DNA of 64,000 nucleotides from Arcobacteraceae bacterium (GTDB lineage Bacteria > Campylobacterota > Campylobacteria > Campylobacterales > Arcobacteraceae). Position 1 is the stretch's first letter. Each line of letters starts with the position of its first letter. The stretch is from assembly GCA_963662945.1 (NCBI GenBank), contig OY759974.1, forward strand, positions 736,001-800,000, in the 5' to 3' direction. Made by a program: the position numbers and the translations under genes. The notes under the pieces were generated by a model. It was given only the letters and a program-made list of their open reading frames with translations. It did no database searches and was not told the DNA's origin. Of the stretch, positions 45,898 to 55,476 are shown one piece after another.

Positions 45898-46521
45898 ATG
45901 CACTTTTTAGGATTAGATTATATTATATCATCAATAGTTTGGCTTAGTGTTATCTTTGCTCTTGTTTTCACTTTTAAGGAGCATATTAAAAAACTATTTT
46001 ATCCAAAAACTTCTCTTGACCTTTTTGTCAGTAAATTAAAACATTATTTGCAAGAAACATATCCTCTTATTAAATTTGATTTATCTATTATAGAAACTAG
46101 TAAAACTGAACAAAATCCTGATATAAGAAAATATACTATTACAGAAAATATACTTAATCAATATAAAAAACTTAAACTTGATCCAAATAAATTTCCACAA
46201 TCCACGCCTACCTCATTACGTTGGGACAGCTATATTTTTAACTGTGAACCAAATAAAGATAAACTTCCTCCAGATTGGGCAAAAAGAAAAAATGCTTTAA
46301 TAATAAGAGATCATAAAAAATGCTTGCGATGTAGCAAAACAGTTACTTTAAATACTATTGAACTTCATTTAATTCGACCAATACAAGAAGGGGGGAAATA
46401 TTATTTAGAGAATTTAATCTCAGTATGTAAAGATTGTGAAAAAATTTTAAGTAATGATCCTAAAAAAATGGCAAACCTCAATATCAAAGATGACCTTGAT
46501 TCAATAGTTCAAAAAACTTAA
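45898..46521 (+). CDS. Membrane-anchored HNH-fold protein, probably catalytically degenerate
   Basis: N-terminal TM; PPDW..R...RD..KCLRC...LHLIRP..EGG...ENLISVCKDCE. Confidence 0.75.
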   Translation: MHFLGLDYIISSIVWLSVIFALVFTFKEHIKKLFYPKTSLDLFVSKLKHYLQETYPLIKFDLSIIETSKTEQNPDIRKYTITENILNQYKKLKLDPNKFPQSTPTSLRWDSYIFNCEPNKDKLPPDWAKRKNALIIRDHKKCLRCSKTVTLNTIELHLIRPIQEGGKYYLENLISVCKDCEKILSNDPKKMANLNIKDDLDSIVQKT

Positions 46522-46607
46522 AATGCTTGTAGAAAATGAAGCATAACCACATTTTTATCAAATTTTAGATAATATCCCCTTATTAATTGAAAAAAGGAAA
46601 TAGTAAT

Positions 46608-47462
46608 ATGACTATACTAGATGGTAAAAAATTATCAGATAAAATTAGGTCAGAAGTAAAAAATGATGTTCAAACTCTTCAACAAAAAGGTATTACTCCC
46701 GGACTTGCGGTTGTTCTAGTAGGAAGTGATCCAGCAAGTGCAGCTTATGTGAATATGAAAAGTAAAGCTTGTAAAGAAGCTGGTATTTATTCAATAGCTC
46801 ATGAAATGCCAGAAACAATTTCTCAAGAAAATATCTTAGAAATTATCCATATGATGAATAAAAATCCAAATATCGATGGAATTTTAGTACAACTTCCTCT
46901 CCCAAAGCATATCGACACAACAGCCATTTTAGAAGCAATTATCCCTGAAAAAGATGTTGATGGTTTTCACCCATATAATGTAGGAAGAGTAGTTGCAGGA
47001 CTTGATGGTTTTATTCCAGCAACTCCTTATGGTGTTATGGAACTTTTAAAAGAGTATGATATTGATCCAAAAGGGAAAAATGTTTGTGTAGTAGGTGCTA
47101 GTAATATTGTAGGAAAGCCCATGGCAACTTTACTTTTAAATGCAAATGCAACTGTTGATATTTGCCATATTTATACAAAAGATTTAAAAGCTCATACTTT
47201 AAATGCAGATATCATTTGTGTTGGTGTTGGTGTTGTAAATTTAATAACAGAAGATATGGTGAAAGATGGCGCAATTATTATAGATATTGGTATCAATCGA
47301 CTTGAAGATGGAAGATTAGTAGGAGATGTAGATTTTGATAATGTATCACCAAAAACTTCTTATATCACTCCTGTTCCTGGTGGAGTTGGTCCTATGACTA
47401 TTGCAATGCTTCTTAAAAATACGATTAAATCAGCACAACTGAGAAAACGGGAAATTAAATAA
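46608..47462 (+). CDS. folD: Methylenetetrahydrofolate dehydrogenase/cyclohydrolase
   Basis: GILVQLPLP, KDVDGFHP and ITPVPGGVGPMT motifs; ATG 46608 follows an AAGGA RBS. Confidence 0.97.
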   Translation: MTILDGKKLSDKIRSEVKNDVQTLQQKGITPGLAVVLVGSDPASAAYVNMKSKACKEAGIYSIAHEMPETISQENILEIIHMMNKNPNIDGILVQLPLPKHIDTTAILEAIIPEKDVDGFHPYNVGRVVAGLDGFIPATPYGVMELLKEYDIDPKGKNVCVVGASNIVGKPMATLLLNANATVDICHIYTKDLKAHTLNADIICVGVGVVNLITEDMVKDGAIIIDIGINRLEDGRLVGDVDFDNVSPKTSYITPVPGGVGPMTIAMLLKNTIKSAQLRKREIK

Positions 47463-48251
47463 ATGGAAAAATTAAAAAAAATATATCACTGGAGTGGTTC
47501 TTGGACTGGTACAATTGTAATAGTTTTAGGAATTATATTTTTCATAGCACAAGCTTTTGTAATACCAAGTGGAAGTATGAAAAATTCACTTCTTATCGGA
47601 GATATGCTTTTTGTAAAAAAATTTACTTATGGAATTCCAACACCAACTATTCCCTGGCTTGAACTTCAAGTTTTACCTGACTTTAATGACAATGGTCATT
47701 TAATTGAAGGAGACAAACCTCAAAGAGGTGACATAGTTGTTTTCAGATATCCTCATAATCCAAAAATTCATTATGTAAAAAGATGTGTTGCCACTGGAGG
47801 AGATATCTTATTTTTACAAAATAAAAATTTATATTTACACCCTAGTGAAGGGAATGATTTTGTAAAAGAAAATTATAAAGATCAAAAAGTAATAGAAATA
47901 AATGGGATGCTATTTGTAGAGAAGCCTTATCAAAAAGAACATCCAGGTATACATCATGATCCAAATATCACAAAAAACGGTATGCAACCATCACAACTTT
48001 TTGATATGATGCCTATCAAAGTACCAGAGGGTGAATTTTTTATGATGGGTGATAATAGAGATCATAGTAACGATAGTAGATTTTGGGGTACTGTAAAATA
48101 TAAATACATTGTAGGTACACCTTGGTTTGTATACTTTAGTTGGGATGAAAATAAAAACATTAGATGGGATAGAGTTTTTCAAACTCCAAAACAATTAGAA
48201 AATTCAAAATATATAACAAGTGAAATTAATCATAAAGAAGGGATATACTAA
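47463..48251 (+). CDS. lepB: Signal peptidase I
   Basis: IPSGSM, YVKRCV and MGDNRDHSNDSRFWG motifs. Confidence 0.96.
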   Translation: MEKLKKIYHWSGSWTGTIVIVLGIIFFIAQAFVIPSGSMKNSLLIGDMLFVKKFTYGIPTPTIPWLELQVLPDFNDNGHLIEGDKPQRGDIVVFRYPHNPKIHYVKRCVATGGDILFLQNKNLYLHPSEGNDFVKENYKDQKVIEINGMLFVEKPYQKEHPGIHHDPNITKNGMQPSQLFDMMPIKVPEGEFFMMGDNRDHSNDSRFWGTVKYKYIVGTPWFVYFSWDENKNIRWDRVFQTPKQLENSKYITSEINHKEGIY

Positions 48252-48252
48252 A

Positions 48253-48708
48253 ATGAAATATTTTATAGGTGCAGACCATGCAGGTGTTGATTTTAAGGCA
48301 TTTGTAAAAGATTTATTTGAGAAAAGAGGACATGAAGTAATTGATATGGGACCTCAAACGAAAGATAGAGTTGATTATCCAGATTTTGCTGCAAAAGTTT
48401 GTGAGCAAGTTTTAGCAAATGAAGGTAGCAAAGGAATTTTGATTTGTGGAAGTGGGATAGGAATGTCTATGGCTGCAAATAAATTTAATGGTATTCGAGC
48501 TGCTCTTTGTCACAATGAATATAGCGCAAGAATGGCAAGAGAACATAATGATGCCAATGTACTTTGTTTAGGTGAGAGAGTAAGTGGACAAGGTATGGTA
48601 GAAGCTATTGTAGATGCTTGGCTATCAAATTCTTTTGAAGGTGGAAGACACGAAGGAAGAGTTGAAAAAATCAATGCCTTAGGTAAAATGGGAAGTTGTA
48701 GAGTATAA
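48253..48708 (+). CDS. rpiB: Ribose-5-phosphate isomerase B
   Basis: GADHAG, VDYPDF, CGSGIGMS and AREHNDANVL motifs. Confidence 0.96.
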   Translation: MKYFIGADHAGVDFKAFVKDLFEKRGHEVIDMGPQTKDRVDYPDFAAKVCEQVLANEGSKGILICGSGIGMSMAANKFNGIRAALCHNEYSARMAREHNDANVLCLGERVSGQGMVEAIVDAWLSNSFEGGRHEGRVEKINALGKMGSCRV

Positions 48709-48890
48709 TGACTAGACAACCACCACATGATGATTGGGTAGTTTATCTTGTAGTTTTAGGTGTCGTTGCGGCTATGATGTTAGGCAAATATCTCATAGGA
48801 AAAGGTGATGAACCTATACAAGATGTTATTCAAGAAGATATTGAAGAGTTAGAACAAATTATTGAAGAGATTGAGGAGAAAATCAAATGA
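48708..48890 (+). CDS. Small single-TM protein with an acidic tail
   Basis: 60 aa, translationally coupled on both sides (TAATG and ATGA junctions). Confidence 0.65.
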   Translation: MTRQPPHDDWVVYLVVLGVVAAMMLGKYLIGKGDEPIQDVIQEDIEELEQIIEEIEEKIK

Positions 48891-50116
48891 TTAATCCCAA
48901 AATAGTAGATTATATATTTAGTTCTGCTTCAATTCAAAGATGGAATGACTATCCAAGAATGGTAGATTTAGTTGAACTTGATAAACAAGCACATAAATTT
49001 ATAATAGCGTTTTTTATAGCAAAACTTGAAGATGATATAGATTTTACTCATCTCATAGAAGCTGGAATTTTTGAGTTTTTAAGAAGAGTTGTTGTTACAG
49101 ATATACGACCTGATGTTTTTAGAAAAGCTTTACAAAAAAAAGGCACAGAGATAAATAACTGGGTACTTGGTAAACTTGAAGATAGTCTGAAAGAGATTGA
49201 TAACGGTCTTTTTTTACAAAAGTTTAAAGAATATTTAACTGACGAAAATATGTATAAAAAAGAACGATTTGTACTCAAAGCAGCTTCATATCTTGCTACA
49301 AAATGGGAATTTGGAATAGTCTACCAAACAAGTCAATTTTTAAATGATATTGAAGAGGTAAAAAAAGAGGTTGATGCAGAGATTGAAGATTACTACGAAC
49401 TTATTGGTGTCAGAAAAATTGCATTAAATCAAAAGTTAGCAAAAATCATAGACTTAAGTGGACGACTTCGATTTCAAAAAAGATGGGCGCAAACACCAAG
49501 AATCCCAGAAACTTCAGTTTTAGGACATATGCTTACTGTTGCAATTTTTGGATATTTTTATTCTATTAAAATTAATGCTTGTGATAAAAGAATCCAAAAC
49601 AATTTTTTTGTAGCTTTATTTCACGATTTACCAGAAGCCCTTACAAGAGATATTATTAGTCCAGTTAAGTATAGTGTAGATGAATTAGCAGATATCATAG
49701 CACAATTTGAAGTAAGTCAAATAGAAGATAAAATTATGCCTTATATTCCAGCAAATTTAAAAAAAGAATTTGCTTATATTTTAGGACTTGACAAAAATAA
49801 TATCAAAGATGAATTTGAAAATAAAATTATAGAAAATAATAATATTGTAACTATCGAAGATATGTCAAAATACAATCTTGACAAATATAATCCAATAGAT
49901 GGAAAAGCATTAAAACAATGTGATAAACTTTCTGCTTTTATAGAAGCAAGTTTATCTATCTCCCATGGTATTAAATCAAAAGAATTAATCAGTGGCAAAA
50001 AACAAATAATGACATCACTGCAAACTGTTCAAGGTATTGATTTTAAAGCTATTGCTACTTCTATTGATGAAGAGTTTTGTACAACAGGGAAAACCCAAAC
50101 AACAATGGAGTTATAA
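48887..50116 (+). CDS. HD-domain protein (tandem YfbR-like domains)
   Basis: Repeated QRW/KRW...H motif; FHDLPE in the second half; CDKLSA. Confidence 0.85.
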   Translation: MINPKIVDYIFSSASIQRWNDYPRMVDLVELDKQAHKFIIAFFIAKLEDDIDFTHLIEAGIFEFLRRVVVTDIRPDVFRKALQKKGTEINNWVLGKLEDSLKEIDNGLFLQKFKEYLTDENMYKKERFVLKAASYLATKWEFGIVYQTSQFLNDIEEVKKEVDAEIEDYYELIGVRKIALNQKLAKIIDLSGRLRFQKRWAQTPRIPETSVLGHMLTVAIFGYFYSIKINACDKRIQNNFFVALFHDLPEALTRDIISPVKYSVDELADIIAQFEVSQIEDKIMPYIPANLKKEFAYILGLDKNNIKDEFENKIIENNNIVTIEDMSKYNLDKYNPIDGKALKQCDKLSAFIEASLSISHGIKSKELISGKKQIMTSLQTVQGIDFKAIATSIDEEFCTTGKTQTTMEL

Positions 50117-50117
50117 A

Positions 50118-50399
50118 ATGGAATTTGTAGTTATATTTTTAGCAACTTTAGTTGTTGCTTACATAGTTTTAAGAAAAACAAATCATAAGATCAAACAAAC
50201 AGCAGCAAAAAAAAGTGAAATTATTGCACAATATGAAACCCAATTAAAAGAAATTTTAGAAAAACATAATGATGATAAAGTTTTACAAATAGAGCAAAAA
50301 AAACGTTATTTAAAACAATGTAATGATGAGTTATCAAGAAATATTTTTTTTACAACTGAAGAAACATCTCAAATTATTCAAAAATTGGCAGATATGTGA
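50118..50399 (+). CDS. Small single-TM hypothetical protein
   Basis: ATG 50118 follows a GGAG RBS; N-terminal TM; ELSRNIFF motif. Confidence 0.7.
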   Translation: MEFVVIFLATLVVAYIVLRKTNHKIKQTAAKKSEIIAQYETQLKEILEKHNDDKVLQIEQKKRYLKQCNDELSRNIFFTTEETSQIIQKLADM

Positions 50400-51007
50400 A
50401 AGAAATCTATTTTGTTACAGCTACAAATACGGATGTAGGTAAAAGTTATGCTTGTGAAGTTTTTCTTAAAAAATTTGCACAAGATAATAAAAATGTAGGA
50501 TATTTTAAACCCATAGAAACAGGAGTTGAGACTCTACCTCAAGATGGATTAAAATTATTAAACTTAGTTCAACAACTTAACCCTTCGTTTATTCCTTCGT
50601 TAAATGATGTTGTACCTTATCAATTTAAATTACCTGCTGCTCCATTTGTTGCCAAAGGTGATAAAAAAATAGATATAAACCTCCTATTTCAGAAAGTAGA
50701 AGAACTATTAGAATATTGTGATGTTTTGATTATAGAAGGGGCTGGTGGGCTAATGGTACCAATTGAAAAAGATTTTTTTATGATTGATTTAATAAAAACT
50801 TTTCAAGATAAATTTCATTCTCAAACAATTTTAATTGCTCCTAGTAATCTTGGTAGTATTAATGATACTATGCTTTCACGTTCAATGTTAGATAAAAATC
50901 AAATTGATTATAAGTGGTATATTAATCTATATAAAGATAAAGAGAGTTTTGAAACTATAACTTTACCTTTTTATCAAGAGTACTTTGATAAAATAAATTA
51001 CCTATAA
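50396..51007 (+). CDS. bioD: Dethiobiotin synthetase
   Basis: TATNTDVGKS, FKPIETG, IEGAGGLMVP and LGSIND motifs. Confidence 0.94.
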   Translation: MKEIYFVTATNTDVGKSYACEVFLKKFAQDNKNVGYFKPIETGVETLPQDGLKLLNLVQQLNPSFIPSLNDVVPYQFKLPAAPFVAKGDKKIDINLLFQKVEELLEYCDVLIIEGAGGLMVPIEKDFFMIDLIKTFQDKFHSQTILIAPSNLGSINDTMLSRSMLDKNQIDYKWYINLYKDKESFETITLPFYQEYFDKINYL

Positions 51008-51232
51008 AACTTTTAAATTTAATAGTATTCACAAAATCACATCATAACTTAAATATCAACAACTAATTATTAGATATTATTATAATATAAGTCAGATTGA
51101 GAGAAAATTCTTTATTGTGCTAATATGATTAATGAAATAAATTTTATCTTCATTATTTTTCATATAGCAATCCTACTTTAATCAACCAAATACAGATATT
51201 GAAGTGTTGATTAATCTTTTAAGGAGATAATT

Positions 51233-51481
51233 ATGAGTATTTCAAAAAGAAGAAACTTTTTCAAATATATGGCTGCTCTTGGCTTAATTTCATTTAGTGT
51301 TTCACCCTTAGAAGCTAAACTTACGAAAGAACAAATTAAATATCAAGATACTCCAAATTTTGATAGAAAATGTTCTGACTGCCTACACTTCTTACCAAAA
51401 ACGAATGAGTGTAAGATAGTCGAAGGGAGCATAAACCCTAATGGATGGTGTAGTGTATATGTAAAAGATCCTAATAAATAA
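51233..51481 (+). CDS. Tat-exported high-potential iron-sulfur protein (HiPIP, Iro-like)
   Basis: KRRNFFK twin-arginine signal; YQDTP...CSDCLHF...CKIVEGSINPNGWC. Confidence 0.9.
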   Translation: MSISKRRNFFKYMAALGLISFSVSPLEAKLTKEQIKYQDTPNFDRKCSDCLHFLPKTNECKIVEGSINPNGWCSVYVKDPNK

Positions 51482-51493
51482 CTCGGATAAAGA

Positions 51494-51518
51494 GCTATTT
51501 CTCTTTTGAAGAAATAGC
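51494..51518. terminator. Hairpin between convergent genes
   Basis: GCTATTTCT-n7-AGAAATAGC. Confidence 0.6.
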
Positions 51519-51528
51519 CTTATTTAAA

Positions 51529-52110
51529 CTATAATAATTTAATATTTTTTGCATCTACAACATTATATTGAATATTATAATTAGTAAGTAAAGAAGTGAT
51601 GTCTAAAAGTTCTTGAATGGCACTATTAGTATACAAATTTTCATCTTTTATAAAAATAGAATCAGTGTCTTCACAATATGAGTAATGACTGAATTTACGT
51701 AATATATCTGATAAAACTGGTTTAATATTTTTAAATGTATCAGTGATCGAATATCTACACTCTTGTATATCAAAATTCTGAATTAAATTATATAATTCAA
51801 TAGTTTGAATTGGTTTGAGTAATCTCTTTTTTCTAAAGTCATTTTTACAATTTTCACAATTTTCCATATTTGCACAATCTAAATTTTCTGCAATAACTAT
51901 TAACTTTTGTTGTGGATTTAATTCTATAATTTGTTTATAAAACTCAAAATATTTCGTAAAATCTATAATTACAATATCAAAACTTTCTTGTCTATACTGC
52001 TCTAGTGTATAGTTTGAAAAAGTTACCTCATATTCAGATTTTTGTTCAATGACTTTTAAAAAATTTTTTATATGTAAATCATCATCAACTAATAATATCT
52101 TCAATTTCAC
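51529..52110 (-). CDS. Atypical receiver (REC) domain protein with a Cys-rich insert
   Basis: ILLVDDD, FDIVIID and LLKP; insert CANMENCENC; GTG start with AAGGA RBS. Confidence 0.75.
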   Translation of the reverse strand: MKLKILLVDDDLHIKNFLKVIEQKSEYEVTFSNYTLEQYRQESFDIVIIDFTKYFEFYKQIIELNPQQKLIVIAENLDCANMENCENCKNDFRKKRLLKPIQTIELYNLIQNFDIQECRYSITDTFKNIKPVLSDILRKFSHYSYCEDTDSIFIKDENLYTNSAIQELLDITSLLTNYNIQYNVVDAKNIKLL

Positions 52111-52272
52111 ATCCTTTATTTATACAATTATTTTATCATAAAGTAGTCTTTAAATAGTCTCAACAAATTTTATTGAATTAAAAACAATAGATTTTCAGAA
52201 ATATAATCATATAAGCTTCTTATTTAGAGTATTTCGATAAAATAATCTACTTAAAAAATAAAGGAATACAAT

Positions 52273-53313
52273 TTGAAAATTATATTTACATTGGTATTAT
52301 TTTTATCAACAATTGTTGCGCAAACTACCTTATGTTATAAAAACAGTACACTAGAAGCCACAATAGAAAATGATGTACTCTTAGATGGTGGTGAATGTTT
52401 AAGTAGCTATTCAAAAAAAGATATGATACGTGATGGTTGGAAACTTACAAGTTATAACTCTGTAAAAAAAGAGGATAAATATAACCATATTTTTGTATTT
52501 TCAAAGCAAGATACATCTACAGTAAGAACATTACCAAAACTTTTTTATAAAAAAACATATACAAAAATTTATGATACAACTGCTGATACTGCAAAAATTG
52601 ATTTAGCATATCTTAAAGTGGGACAAAGTGGTGCAATAGTACAACAAGTTGGTGATAAATATCTTATCGTATCTTCTGCCACAGTTATAGATAGTAATAA
52701 AGATGGTTCTACAATCAAGTTTATAGATATAGACTTACTCAAACAAGAAGCTTTACCTACATCAACTTTAAAACCAAAAGAAGGTGATACATTTGTATTA
52801 AACCATCTTTACAATACAAGCTTATTAATTGTTCCAAATTCAAAAGCAAAAAAAATGATTTTAGAAAATTATAAAAAACAAAATTTCTTAAGTGAAGACT
52901 TCTTTGCTTCTTATTTAAAACTTGAACATACACCAATTCCTTCAAAAGATGATATTACAAATTTTTGTAAAAATCAACAAATAGGAACTATTTATATTGT
53001 TATCAAAAATCAACTTTATATTGTAGATGCACTATCATTTGCAATTATAGATACAATTGATGTAGCTGTTAATGATTCAAGAACGCAAATGCCATTTTAT
53101 ACAAAAATTGAAGAGATTGAAAGTAGTATGTTTGACATAGATTCTACACTTGGAACTGTAACAAATATAGTTAAAAAATTAAATCTTTATGACCCTGATT
53201 ATAAGCCAAATGAAAATCAATATGAAAAACCAAAAGATCCTGCATTACTTGATAAAAATGCAAAACTTGATGATTATAATCAACACTATTTAAATATGTT
53301 AGGTAAACTGTAA
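52273..53313 (+). CDS. Exported protein, PgbA N-terminal-domain family
   Basis: Signal peptide; LKVGQSGAIV, LKQEALP...PKEGD...LNHLY..SLLIVPN and PFYTKI motifs. Confidence 0.72.
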   Translation: MKIIFTLVLFLSTIVAQTTLCYKNSTLEATIENDVLLDGGECLSSYSKKDMIRDGWKLTSYNSVKKEDKYNHIFVFSKQDTSTVRTLPKLFYKKTYTKIYDTTADTAKIDLAYLKVGQSGAIVQQVGDKYLIVSSATVIDSNKDGSTIKFIDIDLLKQEALPTSTLKPKEGDTFVLNHLYNTSLLIVPNSKAKKMILENYKKQNFLSEDFFASYLKLEHTPIPSKDDITNFCKNQQIGTIYIVIKNQLYIVDALSFAIIDTIDVAVNDSRTQMPFYTKIEEIESSMFDIDSTLGTVTNIVKKLNLYDPDYKPNENQYEKPKDPALLDKNAKLDDYNQHYLNMLGKL

Positions 53314-54701
53314 TGATAGAAAAATCACATTTAGATACATTTGTACAAATTGTTGGGGAAGAAAATGTTAAAAGTGATAAAGCACACTTAATAGCATATT
53401 GTTATGATGCTACAAAAACTAGATTTGAACCAGATACTGTATTATTTCCAAAAAATGAAAATGAAATTAGTGCTATTTTAAAATATTGTAATGAACATAA
53501 AATTATCGTAGTGCCAAGAGGTGCAGGAAGTGGCTTTACAGGAGGCGCCCTTCCCGCTAGTGGTGGAATCATTCTCAGTCTTGAACGACATATGAATAAA
53601 TTACTTGAGATTGATATGCAAAATATGGTTGCTGTAGTACAACCTGGACTTATTAATATGCAACTACAAAAAGCTGTTGAAGAAGTTGGATTATTTTATC
53701 CACCAGATCCTGCAAGTGAAGAGTATAGTACACTTGGTGGGAACGTAAGTGAAAATGCTGGTGGTATGAGAGCCGCTAAATATGGTATAACAAAAGATTA
53801 CGTTATGGCATTAAGAGCTGTTTTACCAAATGGAGATATTATCCAAGCTGGTAAAAAAACTATCAAAGATGTTGCTGGATATAATATAGCTGGTATTTTA
53901 ACTGCAAGTGAAGGAACACTAGCTGTTATTACAGAGATTACACTTAAACTTATTCCAAAACCAAAACATAAACAAACATATATGGGAATTTTTCCAGATG
54001 TAACAAGTGCTATGAATGCAGTTTTTAAATCTCTTGCAAGTGGAGCTAATCCTGTTGCTATGGAGTTTTTAGATGCATTAGTTATTCAAGCATTAAGAGA
54101 AAAACTTCATGTGAACTTACCAGAACATGCAGGTGCCGTTTTGGTTGGTGATGTAGATGGAAACTTAACAGATGAAGTAAAATTTCAACTTGAAACATTA
54201 GAAGCCTCATTTAAAGAAAATGGTGCTACTGATTTTATAATTGCACAAGATGATACTCATGCAAAAGAGTTATGGTATGCAAGAAGAAATGCCAGCCCAT
54301 CTATTACAATATTTGGAACTAAAAAATTAAACGAAGATATTTCAGTCCCAAGAAGTAAATTACCAGAAGCCTTGGAAGAAATCTATAAAATAGGTGATAA
54401 ATATGGTTTACAAGTTCCTTGTTTTGGACATGCTGGAGATGGAAATATCCATGTAAATGTTATGGTAAAAGACAAAGATGATGCGAAACAAATGGAAGAA
54501 GGACATAAAGCAATTGAAGAGATTTTCCAACTTGTAGTTGATATGGGTGGTACGTTAAGTGGAGAGCATGGTATAGGTACTGCAAAAGCTCCATATATGA
54601 ATATAGCTTTTAATGAAGCAGAGATGAACCTTTTTAAAAATATCAAAAAAGCTTTCGATCCAAATAATATTCTTAATCCATTTAAAATGGGTTTAGAATA
54701 A
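53313..54701 (+). CDS. glcD: FAD-linked oxidase, GlcD / D-2-hydroxyacid dehydrogenase family
   Basis: PRGAGSG, YPPDPAS, ENAGG..AAKYG, FGHAGDGNIH and SGEHGIG motifs. Confidence 0.9.
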   Translation: MIEKSHLDTFVQIVGEENVKSDKAHLIAYCYDATKTRFEPDTVLFPKNENEISAILKYCNEHKIIVVPRGAGSGFTGGALPASGGIILSLERHMNKLLEIDMQNMVAVVQPGLINMQLQKAVEEVGLFYPPDPASEEYSTLGGNVSENAGGMRAAKYGITKDYVMALRAVLPNGDIIQAGKKTIKDVAGYNIAGILTASEGTLAVITEITLKLIPKPKHKQTYMGIFPDVTSAMNAVFKSLASGANPVAMEFLDALVIQALREKLHVNLPEHAGAVLVGDVDGNLTDEVKFQLETLEASFKENGATDFIIAQDDTHAKELWYARRNASPSITIFGTKKLNEDISVPRSKLPEALEEIYKIGDKYGLQVPCFGHAGDGNIHVNVMVKDKDDAKQMEEGHKAIEEIFQLVVDMGGTLSGEHGIGTAKAPYMNIAFNEAEMNLFKNIKKAFDPNNILNPFKMGLE

Positions 54702-54714
54702 ACTAGGTCTATAA

Positions 54715-55476
54715 TTGAAAGAGTGGTTTTCAAAAATATACAATTTTTTTGATGATGAGATACCTTACCACTCTGCAAGTTTAAGTTTTTTTACAATATT
54801 TTCCATTCTTCCTCTTTTGGCTTTACTTATTGTTGTTGTTTCAAGTTTACCCTCTTTTCAAAGTAATAGTGAACAAATGATGTTATATATATTAGACTTT
54901 ATAAATCCTACTCATTCTCAAAATTTATCAAATTCAATTGATAAGTTTTTACAAAATACTGATAAATTAGGTTCTATTGGTATCTTTTATCTCCTTTTTG
55001 TATTTACTATGTTTTTTCGAGACTATGAATATATTGTCAACAAAATTTATGGTACAGAAACACGTGCTGTCTATAAACTATTTTTTTTATATTTAAGTTT
55101 TTTGATACTTATTCCTATATTTTTTCTTATTTATATTTTTTTATCAACATTCATTAATTTTACATTTTCAGGACACATCATTGCTTTTATTTTTTTATGG
55201 CTATTGTTTATTATTTTATTTATACTCTCTGCTAATACTCATGTAAAAATTTTTGCTGCAGCAACTTCAAGTTTAGTGACACTACTCGCATTAAGTGTTA
55301 CAAAAAGTTTGTTTGGATATTATGTCACTGTAAATACAACCTATACTACTATTTACGGTTCATTTAGTGTTATATTATTTTTCTTTTTATGGATATATAT
55401 TTCTTGGAATATATATTTATATGGAACCAAAATATGTTGTATTTTAAACCAAAGGGAATTAGAAAATGAAAATTAA
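54715..55476 (+). CDS. YihY/BrkB family membrane protein
   Basis: ASLSFFTIFSILP and YTTIYGSF...LWIYISW motifs. Confidence 0.9.
   Translation: MKEWFSKIYNFFDDEIPYHSASLSFFTIFSILPLLALLIVVVSSLPSFQSNSEQMMLYILDFINPTHSQNLSNSIDKFLQNTDKLGSIGIFYLLFVFTMFFRDYEYIVNKIYGTETRAVYKLFFLYLSFLILIPIFFLIYIFLSTFINFTFSGHIIAFIFLWLLFIILFILSANTHVKIFAAATSSLVTLLALSVTKSLFGYYVTVNTTYTTIYGSFSVILFFFLWIYISWNIYLYGTKICCILNQRELENEN

Noticed and set aside
51178-51214. FNR box upstream of the HiPIP gene
   Set aside because: The ATCAA and TTGAT half-sites are in the wrong order and spacing for TTGAT-N4-ATCAA
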